Origin: a bacterium | GTDB lineage: Bacteria; SAR324; JACQKK01 | DNA: 64,000 nt | NCBI GenBank assembly: GCA_965240465.1 | Contig: OZ251219.1 | Span: forward strand, 896,001-960,000 | Direction: 5' to 3' | Shown: piece after piece, positions 58,782 to 64,000 of the stretch | Layout: every line of letters starts with the position of its first letter | Position numbering within the stretch: the first letter of the stretch is position 1 | The notes under the pieces: model-generated | Told to the model about the DNA's origin: nothing | Seen by the model: the letters and a program-made list of their open reading frames with translations, nothing else | The model's database searches: none | Position numbers and translations under genes: made by a program

Positions 58782-60554
58782 ATGCTTAAGGTAATAAACA
58801 TGGTTAAAGATAATGATAGGAACCGCCCTCCATTTAATTTTGGAGATTGTTCGCGGGGAACTTTTTGGTTAGGTGCATTGGTGCTGTTTCCGATTCTGCT
58901 AGTACTGGGTCAATGTTCTAGTGGTAATAGCGGTGGATCAGGCTCTGGTGGGGTTACAGCTGCCAGTTTATCCTTTAGTGAAGTAGTGGTGCAATCGCGG
59001 GGAGAAACTCAGAAGGCTGGTTTGGGTACCCCTTTGACCATCTCAGTGGAAATTAAAAATTCTGGAGGTAGATCTGCCATCAATAACAGGTTAGGGTTTT
59101 TTATATCTGTCAATGATACTATTGAAACAACTGATACTAAATTGGGTAATAATATTATAATATCCTCAGTGAAGTCAGGAGATAGTAAGTCTTACAGTCC
59201 AAGCAGCGTTGTAAATGCACAAACTAGTACTGGGGTATCGTACTATGGTGCTTGTCTAATTGAGGCTGATGGTACTGAGATATGTACCGCGGCTGAGAAA
59301 ATCACCGTATTTAATGGGTTGGATATATCTCTGTCAGATTTCACCACTCAATCGTTGGCTTTCACGGCTGAATCTACCAGTTTTGGTATTAGTGATAGTT
59401 TTCAGGTAACTGCCAATATAGACAACAATGGGAATGCTACTCTAGCAGCAGCCACCCCGAATGCTACGGTATCTTTCTACCGTTCTACCGATGGTATCAT
59501 TGATGGTCTGGATGAAACGCGGGACGGTGATGATGTCCTACTAGGAACATTAGATAATAGTGGCGAAATACTCGCTGGCGGGGAAATAGCCACAGTATTA
59601 TCGGGCAATGTGCCTGATGAGGTAGGTACATATTACTACGGTGCTTGTGTGGAGGTTGCGGCTGGAGTAAGTGATGAGGACTCAGATAATAACTGCACCG
59701 AGGGCAAGAAGGTGATTATTATTGATGGTGTTGATATAGAAGCTGTGAACTTTACGGTTACTCCTGAAGCGATTATCAAAGGTGGAGATTTTACCACCCT
59801 TTCTTTGCAGGCTAGGAATAATGGCAATGTTCAATTAACAGCAGATGAGGGGGATAACTTGATAGTGACGTTCTACCGTTCCCCTGATGAAGAAATTACC
59901 AAATATGATATGAAGTTAGATGAAATATCGAGTTTAGAGGCCATCACAGCTAAAACATTGAGCACGTCAATTCTAGCAGCTACAGATTCTATCACTGCTA
60001 CTGACGAGGGTGATTATTACTATGGTGCTTGCATAAGTGTTATTCCTGCAAACATTGATGCAAACACTGAGAATAATTGCATAGGAACGGAAGTAGCAGT
60101 GGTAGATAAGGTGGAATTACAGCTTAGAGAACTCAGGCCTAATGCTGATAACTCTGTTGATGCAAGCCTATTTAATGCTAGTGGAACCATCAATCTAACA
60201 ACGGAAATAGTTCCTCTAAATTTTTCGGTAAGAATTGTAAATGTTGGAAGTAAAGATTTGGCAGAGGTCAGCTTAGGTCATAATCTCAGAGTTATATTCT
60301 ACAGATCCGAAGATAATATTATTAGTGCTGCGGATACTTCAATATCGGTTGAAAGTTTCAGTGATGCCTTAGCTTCCCAGGAAATAACTGTACCAATAAA
60401 GCCTTTAAATATTGCCGCATCCGTATCCGTTCCCGCTAGCGGCACTTATTATTTTGGTGTTTGTGTGGTGGCACTGCCGTTGGTTGAAGAAAAAGATTAT
60501 GACACCACCAATAATTGCACCGCTGCCGATAAAGTGATAACAGTGGCATACTAG
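58782..60554 (+). CDS. Putative lipoprotein with four CARDB-like (YYGAC) domains
   Basis: LGQC signal; four units with N.G, FYRS.D..I...D and YY(G/F)xC..NNC. Confidence 0.8.
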   Translation: MLKVINMVKDNDRNRPPFNFGDCSRGTFWLGALVLFPILLVLGQCSSGNSGGSGSGGVTAASLSFSEVVVQSRGETQKAGLGTPLTISVEIKNSGGRSAINNRLGFFISVNDTIETTDTKLGNNIIISSVKSGDSKSYSPSSVVNAQTSTGVSYYGACLIEADGTEICTAAEKITVFNGLDISLSDFTTQSLAFTAESTSFGISDSFQVTANIDNNGNATLAAATPNATVSFYRSTDGIIDGLDETRDGDDVLLGTLDNSGEILAGGEIATVLSGNVPDEVGTYYYGACVEVAAGVSDEDSDNNCTEGKKVIIIDGVDIEAVNFTVTPEAIIKGGDFTTLSLQARNNGNVQLTADEGDNLIVTFYRSPDEEITKYDMKLDEISSLEAITAKTLSTSILAATDSITATDEGDYYYGACISVIPANIDANTENNCIGTEVAVVDKVELQLRELRPNADNSVDASLFNASGTINLTTEIVPLNFSVRIVNVGSKDLAEVSLGHNLRVIFYRSEDNIISAADTSISVESFSDALASQEITVPIKPLNIAASVSVPASGTYYFGVCVVALPLVEEKDYDTTNNCTAADKVITVAY

Positions 60555-60567
60555 ATACCAGCCATTT

Positions 60568-60589
60568 TGCATCATAGGGATATGATGCA
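60568..60589. terminator. Hairpin between convergent genes, possible terminator
   Basis: TGCATCATA-GGGA-TATGATGCA perfect 9-bp stem; no strong U-tract. Confidence 0.4.
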
Positions 60590-60643
60590 TTGTAGGCTAT
60601 GTGCGGTTTTGTCCGTCTAATTTTAGCAGATGATAACAGAGTA

Positions 60644-62596
60644 TTAGGAGGCTTTAAGTTTCCTTTGTTGTTTTTGTTGGGTTTTCAGCCAACCCGCTAA
60701 AAGAGTGATCGCAGCAGGGGTCATGCCAGAGATACGACTAGCCTGACCTAGATCTTCGGGCTGATGATGACTGAGTTTTTGGGCTAGCTCAGTGGAAAGT
60801 CCACTGAGGGAATGATAGGGCATGTGTTGGGGCAGGCTGAGGGAATGCCATTTTTTCAAAGTAGCCGCTTGACTTTGCTGCCTCTTTAGGTAGCCCTGAT
60901 ATTTCAATTGTAATTCTACTTGCTGACAAACAGTAGCAGGAAAACCCCTCAAGTTGATGTCTAGATTTAGGTGGCTTAGGAATTCAGCTAGGTTGGTGAG
61001 ATACATTGTAGGTCGCTTGAGCAATTCTGCAGCCGTGTAGGGAGAGTTGATGGCAGGTTGCCTAAAAAGCTTAAGGGCATCATTAACGGCTGCGGTGGGG
61101 GTGAGGCGTAACTTATGCAAAGAGGAAGAAAGCGACTGAATAGAACGAGACTTTTCTTGCAGCTGGCAATGGTGAACCCGAGGTAACAAGCCGAGCTCAA
61201 TACTACGCTCACTGAGGCGTAAATCAGCATTGTCCTCCCGCAGATGAATGCGATGCTCAGCCCGAGAAGTGAACATGCGATAAGGCTCATCCACCCCCTT
61301 GGTTATCAGGTCATCCACCATAACCCCGATGATGGACTCATCCCGCCTCAGGATAAATAGCTTCTCCCCTTTGGCAAACAAGCTGGCATTGATGCCCGCT
61401 AGTAATCCTTGGGCAGCCGCTTCCTCATAGCCAGTAGTGCCGTTCAGTTGCCCTGCCAAAAACAAGGTCGGGATGCTCTTCACTGCCAGACTGGCACTTA
61501 ACTGGGTCGGCTGGACAAAGTCGTACTCTACCGCATATCCAGGCTGGATAATTTCTACCTCCTCCAGTCCCTTGATGGTACGAAGATATGCCAACTGTAT
61601 CTCCAAAGGCAGGCTGGTAGATAAGCCATTGGGGTAAATCTCATTGCCCTCCAGAGTGGTTGGCTCCAAAAAAACCTGATGCTCCAAGCGACTAGGGAAC
61701 TTAACTACCTTGTCCTCAATAGAGGGACAATAACGAGGACCAATCCCAGTAATCGCACCCGAATACAAAGCCGAACGATGTAGGTTGTCCCTGATGACTC
61801 GGTGAGTCTCCTCATTGGTACGAGTTATATGACAGCAAACCTGAGGCAAAAATGGCGGAGAATCAGCAGAACGCCAAAAACTAAAAGGCTGAATAGGATC
61901 ATCTCCTGCTTGTGACTCCAAAACATCCCAATCAATGCTGCGTTTATCCAAGCGAGGAACCGTACCTGTTTTCAAACGAGCTAGCGATAATCCCAAATCT
62001 GCCAGTTCTTTAGATAATCCATCCGATGGAGCCTCATTTACTCGCCCAGCTGCAGTTTGCTCAGAGCCAATGTGAGTTAACCCTCTCAAGAAAGTACCAG
62101 TAGTTAAAACAATCGCCCGAGCCATTATGGTAGTGCCATCCGCTAACTCAACCCCCCGCACCAAGGGAGCATTTAGGTTCTCATGTATCAGCCTTTTGAC
62201 CTCCGCTTGGCAAACGTACAACCTCTCTTGATGGGCTACTTGGGTTTGCATATGCTCGCGGTACTTCACCATATCGGACTGGCAGCGACTGCCCCACACC
62301 GCTGGACCCTTGGTACGATTCAATACCCGAAATTGAATTCCAGTAGCATCAGCCGTTTTACCCATCTGACCACCCAAGGCATCTATTTCCTTCACGAGTG
62401 CCCCCTTTCCCACTCCTCCAATGGCAGGATTACAGGGCATGTGTCCTATCATATCTGCTCGCATGGTCACCAATAGAGTTTCGCTTCCCAAGCGGGCTGA
62501 TGCCAAAGCTGCTTCCAATCCTGCGTGACCGCCTCCGACTACCAGCACTTGCCAGCATTTATGGTTATTGATAGGGTTGGCAAGATCGGCAGGCAT
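60644..62596 (-). CDS. mnmG: tRNA uridine 5-carboxymethylaminomethyl modification enzyme MnmG/GidA
   Basis: VVGGGHAG.EAA, CNPAIGG, KTGTVPR, GPRYCPSIEDK, GTTGYEEAAAQG, EPYRMFTSRAE. Confidence 0.97.
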   Translation of the reverse strand: MPADLANPINNHKCWQVLVVGGGHAGLEAALASARLGSETLLVTMRADMIGHMPCNPAIGGVGKGALVKEIDALGGQMGKTADATGIQFRVLNRTKGPAVWGSRCQSDMVKYREHMQTQVAHQERLYVCQAEVKRLIHENLNAPLVRGVELADGTTIMARAIVLTTGTFLRGLTHIGSEQTAAGRVNEAPSDGLSKELADLGLSLARLKTGTVPRLDKRSIDWDVLESQAGDDPIQPFSFWRSADSPPFLPQVCCHITRTNEETHRVIRDNLHRSALYSGAITGIGPRYCPSIEDKVVKFPSRLEHQVFLEPTTLEGNEIYPNGLSTSLPLEIQLAYLRTIKGLEEVEIIQPGYAVEYDFVQPTQLSASLAVKSIPTLFLAGQLNGTTGYEEAAAQGLLAGINASLFAKGEKLFILRRDESIIGVMVDDLITKGVDEPYRMFTSRAEHRIHLREDNADLRLSERSIELGLLPRVHHCQLQEKSRSIQSLSSSLHKLRLTPTAAVNDALKLFRQPAINSPYTAAELLKRPTMYLTNLAEFLSHLNLDINLRGFPATVCQQVELQLKYQGYLKRQQSQAATLKKWHSLSLPQHMPYHSLSGLSTELAQKLSHHQPEDLGQASRISGMTPAAITLLAGWLKTQQKQQRKLKAS

Positions 62597-62604
62597 GTGG
62601 CAAA

Positions 62605-62694
62605 CAGGAGTGAGATGTCAGGAGTGAGATGTCAGGAGTGAGATGGCAGGAGTGAGATGGCAGGAGTGAGATGTCAGGAGTGAGATGGCAGGAG
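62605..62694. repeat. 14-bp tandem repeat CAGGAGTGAGATG(T/G), about 6.4 copies, just upstream of mnmG
   Basis: Directly visible. Confidence 0.95.
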
Positions 62695-62699
62695 GTAGG

Positions 62700-64000
62700 G
62701 CGCGAGGTGTCGGTATAGGTTTGGTGAGGGGTGTCGGTATAGGTGGTGGTGGGGTGTCTAGTGTATAAGTGGGTGCGGTAGGTTTTTGAGCTTCAGCAAT
62801 GGAGGCAAGTGACAAGTGGCAAGTGAGTTTTTTGATAAATATGGTTTTTTGATGAATTAAGTACGCTCATTAAAAATATCATTCATGGAAGATAGGGTCT
62901 CACATTCAGGGTTTGAAAGCCAGCCGAGCGGGGTGATTTATGAGGGGCGATTTGTAAGGGGAGTGTGGCTGGTGGGTTGGGGTTTTTTGTTATTGATATT
63001 ATTAGTGGTGGCATTGGCACCGTTATGGTCGGGGGAGGAATTCAGTTGGGGAGATTGGGAGGGCTGGGTGATAGGGTTGGTGTGGTTGTTGGGGATGTTG
63101 GTGTTAGCGGTGGGGGTAGGAGGGATTTCTTACTGGAGCAGGAATTACGCCTTACAGGAGTTGGTATTGGTGTCTTTGACTTTTAGTTTGGCACTGGTGT
63201 TGCTGGGAGTTTTAAGTCCGCTGATGGGAGCTTGGCCGGTAGTGATTTTGGGGCCATTTGCTTTTTTGCTCCATGATGTGTGGTTCAAGCAGGCGTATTT
63301 TTTATTGGTGGGGGTATTGGTGGGATTGGTGCCGCGGGTGGGGGCGTATTTTTTATTTCATTTATTGTGGGTTTGTTCTCAGGGATTATTGCATGGTTAT
63401 ATTTCACCTGGGTTGTTGTTGTTTGGTGGAGTTTCGGTATTTTTTATGGAGGCAGCTCTATTTTTATCGGGATTAACTAAGAGTTCTTTGGTAGTTGCTG
63501 GTGGGGGGATAAAGTTTGGTGGTGGAAGGATAGGGCGAGCTAGTTTGTCGTTGGGGGATATAGTTAGGATTGCTATTGCGGGGGCTTTAGCGATTGCTTT
63601 GGTGGTGTGGGTGAGTTTGCATTTGTGGAGTTGGTTGTATCGGCTGGAGTGGTCGTGGTGGTACATCGGGTTACAGATGGTTTCGGGTGCGATTAATGGG
63701 GGTTTGGGTTTGGGTTTGGGTTTATGGTTATCGGGTCGGTTGCAGGTTTTGCGTAGGGGTTGGCGAGTAGTGGGGCTGGGGAAATGTGTTCAGGTAGGTA
63801 GTTCAGCCGAGTTAGAGATGGGTTCTGTTTTCTCGGATGGTAGTCCGTCAAATATGGGCTTAGGCAGGGTAGGTTTAGCGGGGGGGAATTTAGGGGATCT
63901 AATAGTGGCGGAGGGGTTAAGTTTTAGCATTCCTCGGGGGGAGGTATTTAGCGGAGTGAGTTTGGTAGTGGGTAGAGGGGAATTGGTAGGTCTTAGTGGG
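62700..64000 (-). other. Strongly skewed low-complexity region with broken Pro/Thr-rich minus-strand frames
   Basis: Plus strand very G/T-rich; minus frames 63790..63999 (open to the edge) and 63397..63666 read as Pro/Thr/Asn-rich peptides interrupted by stops. Confidence 0.35.

Overview
Bacterial chromosomal window. The core genes look deltaproteobacterial/SAR324-like, but that is an impression only. The left half (1-32.7 kb) is dominated by two expanded, mosaic arrays of surface lipoproteins. The first is a minus-strand tandem array of at least six Asp-rich TSP3-like repeat plus GLUG-repeat lipoproteins (one partial, one pseudogene). The second is seven kexin/furin-like S8 proteases with P-domains that all appear to lack a propeptide, flanking one secreted protein that looks like a free-standing subtilase prodomain (candidate shared trans-acting chaperone/inhibitor). 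The right half is mostly housekeeping: holB, tmk, def, lpxK, mltA, folP, a peptide ABC transporter, tRNA-Phe, a degenerate mreB with mreCD-mrdA-maf, murU-like and RapZ-CTD genes, an inserted single-chain restriction-modification gene, Asp-type murA, a 4x CARDB-like lipoprotein and mnmG. Two window-wide features are not explained by the gene list: about 15 unrelated short tandem-repeat arrays sitting at gene boundaries (3n units when in-frame, often non-3n when intergenic), and an apparent gene-by-gene sawtooth G+T versus A+C strand skew. No CRISPR array, IS element, integrase or reverse transcriptase was seen. All calls are by eye from motifs; no database searches were run.
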